DNA of 64,000 bases from Ophelia neglecta (lineage: Eukaryota): assembly GCA_965285935.1 (NCBI GenBank), contig OZ260664.1, positions 46,500,001-46,564,000 of the forward strand, given 5' to 3'. The position numbers were made by a program, and so were the translations under genes. Below, piece after piece: positions 38,855 through 53,195 of the stretch (the first letter of the stretch is position 1; every line of letters starts with the position of its first letter). The notes below the pieces were generated by a model. That model was not told the origin of the DNA. It was given only the letters and a program-made list of their open reading frames with translations, and made no database searches.

Positions 38855-40759
38855 CTTGGCTCCCAATAAACGTTCTTCCTGACCATCTCAGCTCCAAGCA
38901 ATCGGTCTCCAGGCCATCTCAGTTCCATACAGACATGAAAGCCAGAGGAGGCAGTCAGGAAGCAGGAGAGGCATGCCTACTGTCTTCATTGTCCTCTCAG
39001 AGTGTGGACATGCCCACCCAACCTCTGGCCAGGTTATGATAGATGGCACAGTCCCTACCACTAACCATAAATATCTACATGTACATGCAACTGCTGCCAA
39101 ACAGGTAATTTGTGGTCATGTATTATAAATAATGAAATACAACTACTAAAAAAGTGCTAATTTCATTCCACTTTCAGAACCAATCAAAATTAATTAGACT
39201 CAAGAAACATACTGGAATAATAAGGAAATTCTGCAACAGCATAATATACAGCAGTACATGTAAATGACAGAGCATGGTTTACTAAAAGAATTTAATCTAC
39301 TATTGTTTTAAGTTGAGACTGTAGATCATTGTGTTATTGTCACCAGCCATATATAGGGAGTATTAAAGTCGCTGGTTCTCAGTAGAGACTTTACTCTTGC
39401 TGACATTGAAACAACCAGGTGACAATTATTGTCCAGCCATGTCCTGCCAGACTGCCTGGTAATTTCTCCATCTCACTTGCCTTGAGGGCCTACCTTGTTC
39501 CTTCAGTCACTGTCATCCCCTGGAGCCAGCAACCGAATCATCACAGTGCTGAAAGTGCCACCAATACCAGGCATGATTGCTGCTTCAAGTACCCCACCCA
39601 ATCAAAGACCAATTCCCACCCCAATTCCATTGGATTTCCAATTGAATTTCTCATGCCTCATAACCGACTCCTAAATATAATTACAGCTTTGTTATTGGCC
39701 AATGTAGAAGCTGAGATTACATGCCACATTTCTAGTTTTAGATTGACGTGCCAAAGCTATCTTTCAACCATTGTAGGCTAGTTGAATTTTAGAGGTTGGC
39801 AGCCAAGATTCTGCCATGAATATCACCAATATCTGATAATAAAATGTAATTTAGTGGGCAACAGTCATTTTGTATTATATCCTTTACAGACAATGTCTAC
39901 CAGGAAAATCGTGACATAAAAAAACCTAGAAAAGTCAGCAGACTGAATGTAGTAATGCCGGCTCAGGTAAAATAAGAAGTATGAAATTACCTATATAATA
40001 TCCCCCCTTATGCCATTCCCACTATATTATCTTCACAGCTACAAAAAAAAATCAGTATCTGATCTATTTTTTCTTAACTCATGAAGGTAAATAAATACAT
40101 AAATGTATTAGAATTAGATGTCAATTTACTGATAAATCTGACAGTTTAGATTCTGATGAGATGTATATTATCTGAGACGGTGAGGTGCTCTATAACCTTC
40201 AGATCTGTAGCTCCAAGCTGAATTCACACAGATCACAAGTGGATCATATGGTGTGATATTAAGACCATGATAAACAATCAATCACAGCCTGCTGGAAGCC
40301 TGCTGAATCTAACAGACCACTGCTAACACTCCTGCCCTCAGCTTTATAACATCACTTCTAACCACACAGTCCAGTCTTCAAGGAGTACTGTGCTTGCAAT
40401 TTTTTGTGCCACACTGCCAAACCAGTTTGTACACTACCTGGTAAAAGTATCTTACAATTGATGGATCCTGAAGTGACATTAGTCAGTGACAGCTGTAAAC
40501 TAACTTCTGGGTGTTTGGCATTGCTGTACGACTGAGAAATATATATGTTGTCAAACAGTCTGAAGTTTACTGTGCATTGGCAGCAGGTTGAGAGACACAC
40601 CATAGTCTGACCTTTGGGTCTGACCCTGGGGAAAAACATGTCAAAATTAGACTCAGGCAGCAAGCACAGTCACTGGTCATACCATATGGACAAAGGTAAA
40701 CCCAGAAAAAATTTGGCCCCTCATCATAACTAGACGTCAGCAAACCTAGCATTCTTGTT

Positions 40760-41676
40760 TGTATGAGGTCAATGTCAAGCTCAAGGTCATCGGTAGATGC
40801 TTAACACACATGTAACTGACCTGACATGACTGTAGGGGTATAAGATGGCACTGAGATCCAGTTTTTTCAATATTGCACTGAAAAAAAGTCAAGATCGATG
40901 GAAAGTTAAGAAATCACTAAAGATTACAGTTACCTCTAGAGATTAAAGTTACCACAAGAGATTACTTGCATGTGAAATTGTATTCATAGGCAGTATATTG
41001 AAGGGGTCAACCTTGAACAGCATAAGTCATAAGAAGTCACTGGAACATTCAGTTTTCTTAGTCTGACCTTGAGACAGAGGTCACAGTCAAATCCAAGGTC
41101 ATCAGTAGACACTCTATGGTCTCCGATTGATGGTCAATAAAATACATATACATGTCTATCTTGTACTAGAAGTCATAAACAACCAAACATTCTTGATTAA
41201 ACCTAGAATATAAAGTCAAGGTAAAATTCAAGGTCTTCATAAGACCTCCTAGTAGTCAACAATAGGTTTGAAATGTCAATCGTTTCATTGTTTATCACCA
41301 AGATGACCATGGGATAGGAAGAACAACCCTGATATGAGTGTAATCAGAACAGCCGCTTCTGAGCAACTTTTGATTTTTGTATCTACTAAATAGTAGCCAG
41401 TGTATAGAACTAGAACTAGATACATGTATCTCACAGAAGTTTATTAAAACTGATAAAGGTACATATACAAATGCCTATTGCAGGTATTTGGGAATAAAAT
41501 TTAGCAATTCATGTTTTTTTAAATATGTCAAAGCATCAATAATTCTAATGGAAAATGGACCGACAGACGGACCGACAGACGGACCGACAGACAGACCGAC
41601 AGACGGACGGACAGACAGAACATTGGCTTGACATCTATAATATGTGTTCAGCTAGCGATAGCAGGCAGAGTTAAAA
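40760..41676 (+). mobile_element. decayed non-autonomous Helentron/pearl (HINE)-like element (5' limit uncertain)
   Basis: Recurrent tcaaggtca/gaccttga motifs, then a (GGAC/CGAC/AGAC)n microsatellite at 41557-41619 and a short tail ending ttaaaa. This layout is known from molluscan HINE/pearl elements. Confidence 0.5.
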
Positions 41677-42656
41677 GTTAACAGAATTATGTTAAAACAA
41701 TCTTGGAAGTTACAGCCCGTGCTGCCAGACTAATGAGAAGTATACTTGTCAGAAGATCCCACGAGACCGGATGGGGAGGCTTTCTACACCACATCCTTGA
41801 TTTGACACTCAGGTGAAAGAAAGGTTAATCAGCACAAAGTGTTGGGAGCCAGTGGATTCCATGTTTAATACTGTAAGCAGCTCAATTGGCAGCCTTTGTG
41901 GCTTGCCTTAATCCCAGTTAATCAAGTATTCTGGAGCATGTAAGGATTGCGTGGGTTTTTTTCCCCCCTCAGGTCTTCGCATCGTCTGCGATTTATGGTT
42001 ACGTGGAATAAATAACTCACAAATGTAAAAATATGCCGATGCAGACACTGTTCAGATGTTCACAAAACCTGAGAGCAGCTCACTCCATTACTCAAATAAT
42101 ATCTGCTTCTAAAACATACCACAATGCAAACTTTATGAACAGTCAATTATCAACAACTAGACTGCACAACTTTCATTACGAATGCTGTTCTGTCCTGCAC
42201 CTGAAAAATTAATACCATATTCCAGCAAGCATTGGATATCTGAAATGCTCATAACTGGCATTCAGTTTTTGCTAGTTATGGATCACTTGTAAGAGCTCTT
42301 CTCAATCTCTGAGCTGTAAAACATGATAAGGAAACTCATCATTTAAAGCTGAACATGTGTAGAGAATCCTGGTTTGATATGTCAGGTACAGTGTACATGC
42401 TGCAGACAGGTCCTGCTCATATATCCCTGATACAACCTGCCATATAACACGTTTTCTATATACAGTACATGTACAAGTATACAAAAAATGCACCATATCA
42501 AGACTACTCAAAGGATAAAAAAGCAGGCATGTTTTTATATACTGAAGGTAAGCCAAATCACTGTGCATAAATTAATTACTTAACCTGCCACCCCAACTCA
42601 TATCCTGCCTTACAAGATGTAGATTGAACAATAACAGTGGAGATTCAGGTTCCATA

Positions 42657-42818
42657 CAGTGGTCCCTGTGATTTAGGGACACCTCTAAATCCAAGCAAAA
42701 GTGTCCCCACATAGCAGGTGTCCCTTCGTCAGAGGGACAATAACATGGGAAAGATAGGACATGGGCACTGAACAATGATCTGTGGTCGGAGGGAGTCCCT
42801 TCATCACAGGGACCACTG
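42657..42818. mobile_element. 162-bp MITE, Tc1/mariner (pogo-like)
   Basis: Perfect 16-bp TIR CAGTGGTCCCTGTGAT extending imperfectly to ~28 bp; TA on both sides (42655-56 and 42819-20). Confidence 0.9.
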
Positions 42819-43556
42819 TACTGATATTCATAAAATTAAACATGATCGTTATAATGGGGTGGTCCATGAAAATGGCAATACCAGGTTACATGTACACAGC
42901 TGCGGGACCTGTAGTTATACAGTGAACTATGCAGACTGATGGTGTCTGATTTTCATATTTCTTTGAACACTTTGATGTATGACCAATGCTTGACCTCATA
43001 ACTCAGACATCATTAACCATTCTTGATGGAGTGACCTAAATATATCTGTAGCCAACCTGCCTGGCACATCAGCACTCACAGCAGGGTGGTGGCTTGGTGC
43101 TCAGAGCCAGTCCTCCATTTCTAGCCCAGTTTAGTATATGTCTTGTCTCCACAGCCACCCCTTTCATGTTTGAGAACCTGAGAAGGTAGGAGGGTAGGGG
43201 AGGATTCCTGCCAGTTGAGTGACTGCTGGGAGGGTAATCAATCCGGGGAGTTGTGGTAGGACAAGTAAAGCTATACTTTGCCATCCTAACAGGAAACATA
43301 ATGAGAAAAGAGAGCTCAAAGACTTGTGAAGGTCACTGGGTGGGCCTGTAGAGACTTCAGGGTCAAAGGTGACAATAACATAATACAGTAAAGGATCAAC
43401 ACTGCTCAATGTCTGACATACTCCGCCTTGTGCATCTTTTCAGCTGACTACCTCCATTATGAGTTTACTTAAAAATGCTTTGAGCTAGGCCTCCACATGT
43501 GCACAAAGAATGAGTGCCTACAAAGGTGGGTGTGGGTAGAGGAAGGTAATTCTTAC

Positions 43557-43588
43557 CAGCAGTTTAACCAGCAAATACCTAGAAACAT
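43557..43588 (-). CDS. weak candidate first coding exon (MFLGICWLNC+)
   Basis: ATG to donor CTG|gtaaga is 32 nt, phase 2. Short enough to arise by chance. Confidence 0.25.
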
Positions 43589-44844
43589 CTGGGTCTTAGA
43601 AACCGCCCAGCTTCCCCCTAGCCAGCCAAGTGCCACTTTGACAGGTCTGTCTGACTCAGTCTAACCATCTACATCCTATCTACAGTGTTAGAAACAGGGC
43701 CACTATAACTGTAAGGCCCCAAAGCTTGGCATAGAATAAGGAACACAGTCAAAAGCTTATACAGTGTATTACTGACTGCCTTGTAACAACCTCTGGAGAC
43801 TTCAGTGAAAGCACTATGGAGTCAGGTGCTAGGAGCGAGGCAGCTGAGCTGAGTTGGCAGAGTTATGCACTGAAGTGGACCTCAGATCTGCAGAACCAGA
43901 GACCAACAATCTGAAGGCTGATAATCAGACTGCCCCCACCCCATGAGAGTATTGTTTGGGGAATAGTTTTAGTGTGTGTACTTTCAATTGCTCAGATCTG
44001 CCTAGAATACTAATTGGCCCCCTTCCACATTCCACTGGAATGTTATTGCTTTTGTATGCTATGGCATGCACCAGAATTTACTTATTACACAGACCCAACT
44101 CAACCAACAGTGCCTAAAATGAATCATCTCCACCTTATCCAATGTACCCTACTTGACCTATTTCTATGACCTTGCTGGGGAGGATATGGTATATTGAGAG
44201 TGGTAGATAAAGACATCAGCTAAGAGCTAGGAGTTAAGTCAGGCTCATGTCTCCAATCCCGTGTCCATTGCCCTCAGCCATGTCTTGATTGGTCTTGTCA
44301 TTCATTAGTCACTCCGGGAAGAGAGTGGGCAAGAGAGCGGGGAGAGAGTGGGAAAAGAGGGGCAGCGACTCAAGATCAGGTACACAGCCCAATGAGTTAC
44401 ATCTACTGCCTTGTTCCACATAACATTCTCCCAGCCAGTCCTTCTGTCTTAGTCTACAACACTTGTCTTACATAGACAATGTCTCAGACCAAGGCACTCA
44501 CCCTCCACTAGGCATCAAGTTCCTCTCTTTGAATACCTGTCAGATGCTTTGATTAATTTTGAAATGATGAAGTAACCTTTGTAGTAAACTTAAATAAATT
44601 CAAATGCCATCAAAAATTTCATGGAAAACAAACAAAAGATGTCCATATACCTATATATGCCTGTTTGCCAGTTGTATATGACCATTAGACCATACAGTAT
44701 TAATGCCAGGTAGATTATTTAACATTGGGATATAAAAATCAAACTTAATATTAGTAAAGCATTCTAACATTGGGCTCATTTTGCTACCATTTAATGAATC
44801 CCTGAGCTGTTGGGGAACAGGGCAATTAGTCATAAACCAGCCAA

Positions 44845-45400
44845 TAACCTGTTTACTGCCTATAAACAACCTATAACCCATCAACAGCATGTAAACAACA
44901 TATAACCTGTTTACAGCCTGTAAACAACCTATAACCTGTCTACAGCCTGTACAGCTTATGACTTGTCTACAGCTTGTAAACAACCTATAACCTGTCTACA
45001 GCCTGTAAACAACCTATATCCTGTCTACAGCCCATAAACAACCAATAACTTGTCTAGAGCCTGTAAACAACCTACAACCTTTCTAGAGCCTGTACAGCCT
45101 TTAGCCTGTCTACAGCCTGAATACAACCTATAACATGTCTTCACCCTGTAAACAACCTCTATCCTGTATACAGCCTGTCAACAACCTATAACCTGTCTAC
45201 AGCGTGTTAACAACCTATAACCTGTCTACAGCTTGTAAACCACCTATAACTTGTCTACAGCTTGTAAACCACCTATAACCTGTCTACAGCCTGTAAACAA
45301 CCTATATCCTGTCTACAGCCCATAAACAACCTATAACCTGTCTACAGCCTATTTACAACCTATAACCTCTCTGCGGCTTGTAAACAACCCTCTGCTAAAC
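44845..45400. repeat. 29-bp minisatellite, ~19 diverged copies
   Basis: Unit ctataacctgtctacagcctgtaaacaac; the period of 29 is seen at 44985/45014. Confidence 0.95.
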
Positions 45401-48400
45401 AACCAGTATTAAACCTGTGTCATTCCTCCATTTTGGGGCTACTTTCAATATTTATCAGTTTTTTTTCTAGATTGAAGTAAGATGGCTGTATAGCACATCC
45501 AGGGACAGCTGGGCAGAACTACTATGACACTACCATCAAAGTCATTGTTTCCCTCAGCTCACTTTTGTGTTCGGAGAGTGCACAACCTCCTGTTTTAAAA
45601 TTGCGGATTCCGAAAAGAAGATGCCAAAAACATGTTTGAAAAGTATATAAACCAGCGTTTTAAACAGGTATAAAGCATAGATTTATGTGGAATCACCACT
45701 GGCTACAACGACTGACTTCTTATATCATTTTTTTGGCAGTATCTATTGAATTTATAAAATTATAGCATTGTTTTATACTAGGAATAGGGCTTTGAAGGAA
45801 AGGCTCAATGTTCTATGTTTAAGTCTCAACAAGAGGTCAGATACCAGATTTTTTCTTCTGCTATATATAATGCAAGACAAATGTCAGCTTTACCATTTTC
45901 TCGATAGTAAGGGCCAATGCTCGGATAAATATATTTTACCCATATTTCATTTCCTGTTTGTAACCCAAATATGGCTTTCGCTGAAATTTCCTATGTCTGC
46001 AATGCTCATTGGCAGCCCTATTCAGCACAAGTACTAGTTTATAAATAGGTCATGAAAAGGCTGTAAAAAGCTGGCACTGTGATTTACGTAGGCACACTTA
46101 GTTTTTTGGTTGATTTGCCTGTAACACACAAAACTTTTATGTCATCAGTACATTTTCACCACAAGCCAAATTTCCTGAAACTATCCTACTCCAGACAATT
46201 TGTGCCTAAAACTGTCCTCCCTTGTTATTTTTTTCATGGCATCTGGCATTTCCTCTATCACTCTCCTTGTGGAGGAAATGGCATTGGAATACCCTATACT
46301 AGATTGCACAATGTGTCAGATTTGACAAATTGTCAAACGGAAACGGGAAAATCTCATGGCACTTGACGGTACAGAACAGGCCAGAGTAACTTATTGTACA
46401 GACCCAGAAAGTGTCAAGTTAAGTTTTCCGGCATCATTGAAAGTGGTGATTAAAACAAAAGAAGCCTGCCTGGTGACATTGTGCCCACTCTACAAAAATT
46501 ACCTGATTCTGACCTACATTCCCTTCAATAGGTAAGTAATATATCAGTAGGGTGATGTACGGTTATAAGAATTCATTTCAGCACCTTTTAAGTTTTTTCG
46601 TGCCCTACATGCCATTTACAGAGAATTCCTTTGACATGTCAAAGAGAGGGCTTACATATGTATGAATTTAGCAGTAACATAACCATGTAAAAGAGTAATA
46701 TTTAGCAACAAATGTTTGTTGCCTGAAATTGTCCATAGATTCCTCATAACATTGCTTTTGGCAATAACGATAAAGTCAAACTAATGTCCCTACATAAAAT
46801 CAGTCCATGGTGTCTTAAGGGAACATAAAGGTGGGGCCAGCCATTCCCTGGAAGCTGGTAGTAAAATCGGCCCTACTTATCTGCATAGCACCATGCTGGC
46901 CTCACCAAACATTTCACCCTACATGGGGTAAATCACAGTCAGAAATTCTGGCCCATTATTGCCTATGGAGGGCTTTATTGTTTGTTGAGTGGGTAAAATC
47001 TTTGAAGGGGTGTCTGCTGTGAAAAATAGACAATAATTCTTCAGACAATAATTTGTGCAGTTGTACGATGCCACAGGATACAAAGTGGCTTAATATATAT
47101 AGAAAGGCCGATGGAAGGGCATGTGCCAGGCAGTGAAATATGGATCAACAGCAAACTCTTTCCAAGGAGCATTCAAGGCACTCAGTAAATTGTTGGGGAG
47201 TAGAAGGTTGAGAATAAAAGGAAAAACAATTCTGGCATCAAAGGGAGCAATATTCTCTTAACATCTTGGGTAGACATTGAGTTTTCTAATCAAGTTGGGG
47301 ATTTTTTGCTGTGCGTAAGTTGGAATACAGTTTTCAAAATTCAATGTAACACATTTGTAGCATGTGCACAGCTCATTTCCAATATTCACACTATGACTTA
47401 CATGCACATGTTTCCTGCATACTCTCTATTACAAACTGCCTATGACATTTGCAAAGAAAGTAACATTATTAACAGGAATTGCAAGAAAAAAGACCAATGA
47501 GCTAGGTCATGGCAACCAGCTGATATTCCTTCCTATATCTTCACTCCCTTGCTGAAATAAACCAATACTCTCCTCTCTTCCTACCTCTAAAAAAAGATGA
47601 TTAATAGCCAGTAAGACAACTCCTGGGTTCAGACAGGATGACAGGACTCTGGCCACACATGCCATACCTAAGTCAATCTGCTATTAGGCCATCGTTGGGG
47701 AAACATATGGGAAGCTGGCCACTGTGGGTCAGGTACAAGGTGTCTTAGATGATGGTCTTAGAAACCAGCCCTTCGATAAGTTATTGATTATGCCAAAGAC
47801 CATTACAGGACACATTATACATGTACATATTGAGTTCCATGAGGATTTTAAATATTTCATGCACAAATGATGGCATTGATGACTGCACTCAGAAAATTTG
47901 GCATAAGGCATGTTTGTATAAATATCCTCCTCTAAAAACATGTTCTTTTCTGTTCCATCCGAGGGTAAACATTCAGAAGAGACCAGCATTTAGAGCCAGG
48001 ATATTAGTAGGAGCCAAATATTCCATAGCAAAAGCCTCCCCATCATATACCACTGCAGACAAAGTCATTAAAAGCAATGGCGGAAATGAGGCCACCAATC
48101 TGCCATGTGTTGCAGGACCCTGAAACGCTTTGTATAGGGCAGGTGGAATGAGAGCACCATAGTAGGACATGAAACAAATGATAAATAAAATCACTGTCAA
48201 CACCAGTCTTACTTACTGATGATAAAAGAGGAATGTTTCGGCTGATCTTTTTACATAGATGTCAAGCTTAGCAGAAGTTGCCAAACACTAGGTGCCGATA
48301 CAGCCTACATGTAGAAATATTCTCTAAATATTAGGGCAAGTCAAGTGATTCATTCACAGTGCAGCACCATGCCTCTTAGTTGGCGGTTTTTATGCTATGT

Positions 48401-51400
48401 GTACATGTACAAATAATGTTCTAAGTTGATTAGCCCACATGATTAATTCTCAGCTGAATAGCGGAGCAGAATGAAACTGTTCTTTGAACACTGTGCAAAA
48501 ACAGTTCCTTTATATAACTTTTAATATAAAGTTGTTTCATTATCTAAGTAAGAAAGAATAAATATGTGATAAATGAAAACTATAACTGTAAATTCACATT
48601 TTGTGAAGTAGAAAAATGTTGGTTTAGAGAAGCAAAACACCAGGTGCTTTATCAATGATTGCCTGGCTTTAAAGTACTAATGGAGAGTTAGGAATTTGGT
48701 TAGAAACTGGAGTGGATACCTGACAGACAATGCAAAATCATTGATCAAGTTAGATTAGCCCAATAAATGGTCTGCATTCATCAGGCCCCCCACTTACCAA
48801 CAAGCTTACTGTAATATCAATAATTAATAATCATTAATAAAAAAAATCTTTATCGGAGGCAATAAGAAGTTATCGACAGTTTCCCATGATGTGTGTCAGA
48901 GCACTATACAAAAGGGCCGGTAGTCCACATCGGACAAAGATGAGATATGCTCTATGACCATCTATGAATGACTAGCTGAAATTTAGGACACCTTACCATG
49001 GAATATGTCTCCTTAATAGAGGTTCCCTTTATCAGCATCCATATCTAGCCTCATGCAGTTTGAAGAAATATGTTTCCTATTGTTTTTGACCATTAAAGGT
49101 TAGTTTTTAGGGCCAACTTGGCAGGAGAAGACTTTCCTCATACAAAACAGACACACAGGATGTCTGGGGACACGGACTAGGCCTAGTCAGAATTTTAAAA
49201 GACAAGGTGGCCAGGTTTAGCAAGTTCACTGTTGTGGTGGGCAAAGAGCAAATGTGGATAGCCAGTGCTGAAAGAGTAAATGTCTACCTCTGTTAAGTTT
49301 TCAAGTGCCCTGTGCACTTAGTACAGATAATGTAGTAATTATTGATGTAAGTCAGTCAAAAAGGCAGTGTTAAGGGACTTGTTGCTGTGAAAATCTGTCA
49401 AAATTGTCAGAAATGGACATCCAAGAGTTTGCTTAAAATTTTGCCTTATGATCAACTTATGTGCAATTAAGGAAACTGTTTTCAGACAAAAATAGAAATA
49501 TCTCTTTGCACTAGAGGGCATAGAATGCCGCAACACCAAATGTACAGTCACATATTATGAGAATTCAATATATATAATAATGCAGATAATTGCAACAAGT
49601 GTCAATACAGAAAAGAGTTCTGCTTTTTCCTATGGCTGGAGATGTTTCCATTAGTGTAGACAGCCCTCCTGCCTTAAGAAAAGTTAATCTAAAGATCTAA
49701 GTTGGCACAAAAACTAGAATATTCAACAGAATTTATAAGTATTTCTCTGATATTTGTTGGCCAAATATAGTTGGACAAAGATAGCTTATATGATTGAATA
49801 CAGAATTACAGGTAGTGCTCAAGTAAGCCAAAAATACAAGTAAGCCAAAAATCCGTGCAGTCCCTGCCCTCCAGGGTGATGAAGACCCCTCCCCTCCCTC
49901 TTGGGCAGACTGGTATAAACTTCAGATCAGAAAATTAGAACTCAACAAAAAAAAAAAAACCTTCAACAGTTGCCAAATGAAAAGATGTCCTAGGTTCCTT
50001 CAACTCATGTATACGTATAGCAGTGATTAAGGCGTTGCTCGCTTGGCACTACAATATTGAGACCTCAGGCCCTGTTGCATAAAATTTGACAGAACACAAC
50101 ACCAGGCACTGCCCCGTGTGGCACCTGACCTGATGTTCATTGACCATTGATCTCTATGGTTGGCTAACCTTGCAAATGACATTTTCAGACAGGGGAACAT
50201 CTGGTAAGGGTAAAGCAGGGAATTTTAGTTTGTCACTCTAAAAATTCATAGTATTTTTTTCCCTATTGATGAATATTGGGAAAAATTGCCCTAGGTGAGT
50301 GGAATGATAATGAAGCATGGAGGAAGCATTCATGTCACCCAGAAAACCTTCTTGTACTCTAGGTAGACAAGTATAAAAAGGATTTGTGGATTGATTGCTC
50401 TTGATTCTAAAATCATTGTTGTACACAATCACTGAGACTGTCCTCAGAGATGCTTTGGCAATTTTCTCATCACAAGCCATTTAAAAAAATACCGTAATTT
50501 ACGCAATGCTCTGTTGGTCAGTGAAGCACAGAGAAGCTACTCAAAAGTGAAACGGTTAAAGAAGAGAGGCCTTTAATACTGGGGAAAACACTAAAGGAGG
50601 AGGGGGGGGGGGGGGTGGTGGTGCTTATTTTGGCTGGGTAGGGCACAGACTATGGTGAAGACAACCCAAGAAAGTCAAATACTGGGTCAAACTAACAAGC
50701 AGACCAGCGGTGATACCAGCTGTGGTATATAGCCTGGGGGTTCTGGTGGGATTGTCTGGCAGTAAACCTACACCCCAGCAGTATATCACCTGCCGGCCAA
50801 CAACTAAGTTACACCAGTCAATAAATCTATGATAGGTGTTGGTAAATACCCCAATACTATACAAGTTATCAGACACTCCCAGCCAGGAAAATCAACAGAC
50901 ATCTAATATATAACATGAATAGAAAACTAAGGGTAGCCTGCCACAGTGTCGATTGACCTGAAATATGCATGAAGATGGATACAAGTTCAATTATAAAAAA
51001 GACAAGCAAACATACATCAAGATAAATAATGTCCACATTTGCCTATTAATAGGTATAGTATAGACAATCATTGTCTGGGTTCTATGTATTAATGATGTGG
51101 GACATGAAAACAATACTCAAGCAGCTACATTGGCTCAAGTCATTACTGGGAATGAAAACTCTACAACAAAGCCCTCATTGATCTCAGCAATCCCCCAGGA
51201 CCAACTTAAGGTCATGTTCATGCTCAAATATTCTATGAAGTACAAGATAGAAATAGCAAATATGCAAAATGGCAATACCAGGAACCACCAGAAACCATTA
51301 GCTATAGTCACAGAGAAACAACTTCAATTGATTTTCCATTCAGTGCAAAAAAAGTTGCACAAGTTAGGGGCTACTACTGAGATTGCTGGTGGAAAATTGG

Positions 51401-52019
51401 TGTAAATATGTTTTTGTATGTGTGGAGATAATCAATGGTGGCGTTCTTGACTGCCCCTTGAAGACTGCCCCATCTTGCTGTAAATCTCTCCATCTGCTCT
51501 CCTGTCTTCTGAGATGATTTTATGAGATGAAAAGAACACACAACCAAGGACTGCCCACTCGCTTGCTGGTAAGCAGGCACTATGAGGGGATCTGCACTCG
51601 GTGACCAGAGTGAAGATGCAATGAAGCCTACTTCCCTTGAACAATGACCTCCCTAAATTACATGGAGAGTCACTGTCTTAAGGATGAGCCCACTCCACAA
51701 AAAAAGGCATAATAAAAAATCCTAACTGGTGCATTGCTACATGAAATATATATTGACTCTTTGTAAAGGTGAGCCATGATATTGGGGAGTGGGGGGTTCC
51801 TTAAGAATGTATGCCGAGTCTGGACAGCAATATACAAGACATGAGTATGTGGGCAGGAAGAATCATGATATCTGAGGTGATACATAGCATGGCTGTGAGC
51901 TGCTCCTCCCTGAGTGTGGATCAGTATCTGGTAAAATGTCTGCCTCAGCCAGCACAGTAGCCTGGTTGTAATGTCAAAAGAAACAAACTAGGGCTCTGGT
52001 CTGGTATCTGACTGACCTT

Positions 52020-53195
52020 ACATACTAGACATACTGGTGAGTAGTATGTAAGGGACCATATACTGACTGTGCATACTGGTATGTGGTATGTAAGTGACCA
52101 TACACATTAGACCTACCGTTGAAGTGGTATGTTGATGTTGTTTGGGGTTTTACGTGGCTTTCAACACTTTTATGGTCATATCGCCATGGTGCCTACTTGT
52201 GACAGTGGGCCCAATGCCCTCTTTATAGTGCTGCCTCACTGGAGAACCTGCCGTGGACACAAAACAGGGAACCCCACCCAGTCACATTATACTGACACCG
52301 GGTTGACCAGTCCTGATACTACCCCCGAAATGCCGGGCGCCTGGCAGGGGAGCTATCAGTACCTATCTTTACATCTTGCGTATGACGCGATCAGGATTCG
52401 AACCCCGATCTCCCACTTGCGAGGCGGACACACTAACCACTAGGCCACACTTTGGTGGTTGAAGTGGTATGTAAGAGACCATACATACTGGACATGTTAG
52501 TGTGTGCTATGTAAGGGACCAAACATTTATTTTACATACTGGTCAAACTGATGTGTGGTATGTAAGAGACCATAAATACTGGACATACTGGTGAGTGGTA
52601 TGTAATGGCCGTACATACTAAACTAACTGGTGAGTGGTATGTAAGGGACCATACATACTGGACATACTGGTGTGTGGTATGCAAGGGACCACACATTTAT
52701 TGAACACACTGGTCAAACTGATGTGTGGTATGTAAGAGACCATAAATACTGGACATACTGGTGAGTTTTATGTAAGGGACCTTACATACTAGACTAACTG
52801 GTGAGTGGTATGTAAGGGACCTTACATACTTGACAAACTGGTGAGTGGTATGTAAGGGACCATACATACTGGACATACTGGTGTGTGGTATGCAAGGGAC
52901 CACACATTTATTGAACACACTGGTCAAACTGATGTGTGGTATGTAAGAGACCATAAATACTGGACATACTGGTGAGTGGTATGTAATGGCCGTACATACT
53001 AAACTAACTGGTGAGTGGTATGTAAGGGACAATTTTTACTAGACCAACTAGTGAGTGGTATGTAAGGGACCATAGATACTAGACAAACTGATAAGTGGTA
53101 TGTAAGGGACCATATTTACTGAGCAACTGGTGAGTGGTATGTAAGGGACCATACATACTAGATACACTGGTGAGTGGTATGTAACGGACCACACA
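52020..53195. repeat. 40-bp minisatellite with higher-order blocks, interrupted by a SINE
   Basis: Unit actggtgagtggtatgtaagggaccatacatactggacat (period 40 at 52797/52837). A longer variant unit recurs at ~52520, 52690 and 52900. Confidence 0.95.
52133..52457 (-). mobile_element. full-length tRNA-derived SINE, Meta/MESC-like, with 15-bp TSD
   Basis: Minus strand accaaagtgtggcctagtgg...ggttcgaatcc...gttgaaagccacgtaaaaccccaaacaac. Exact direct repeat gttgaagtggtatgt at 52118-52132 and 52458-52472. Confidence 0.95.

Noticed and set aside
41950-42010. Strong plus-strand acceptor (tttttcccccctcag) with CpGs
   Set aside because: No partner donor, open frame or other plus-strand exons support an antisense gene.
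48792-48815. 11-nt segment between tattacag and gtaagt (similar 6-9 nt case at ~53385)
   Set aside because: Poor pyrimidine tracts; expected by chance in 64 kb.
31784-52443. Two near-identical ORFs (31784..32194 and 52129..52443) that look like paralogous genes
   Set aside because: Both are antisense translations of the same SINE family.
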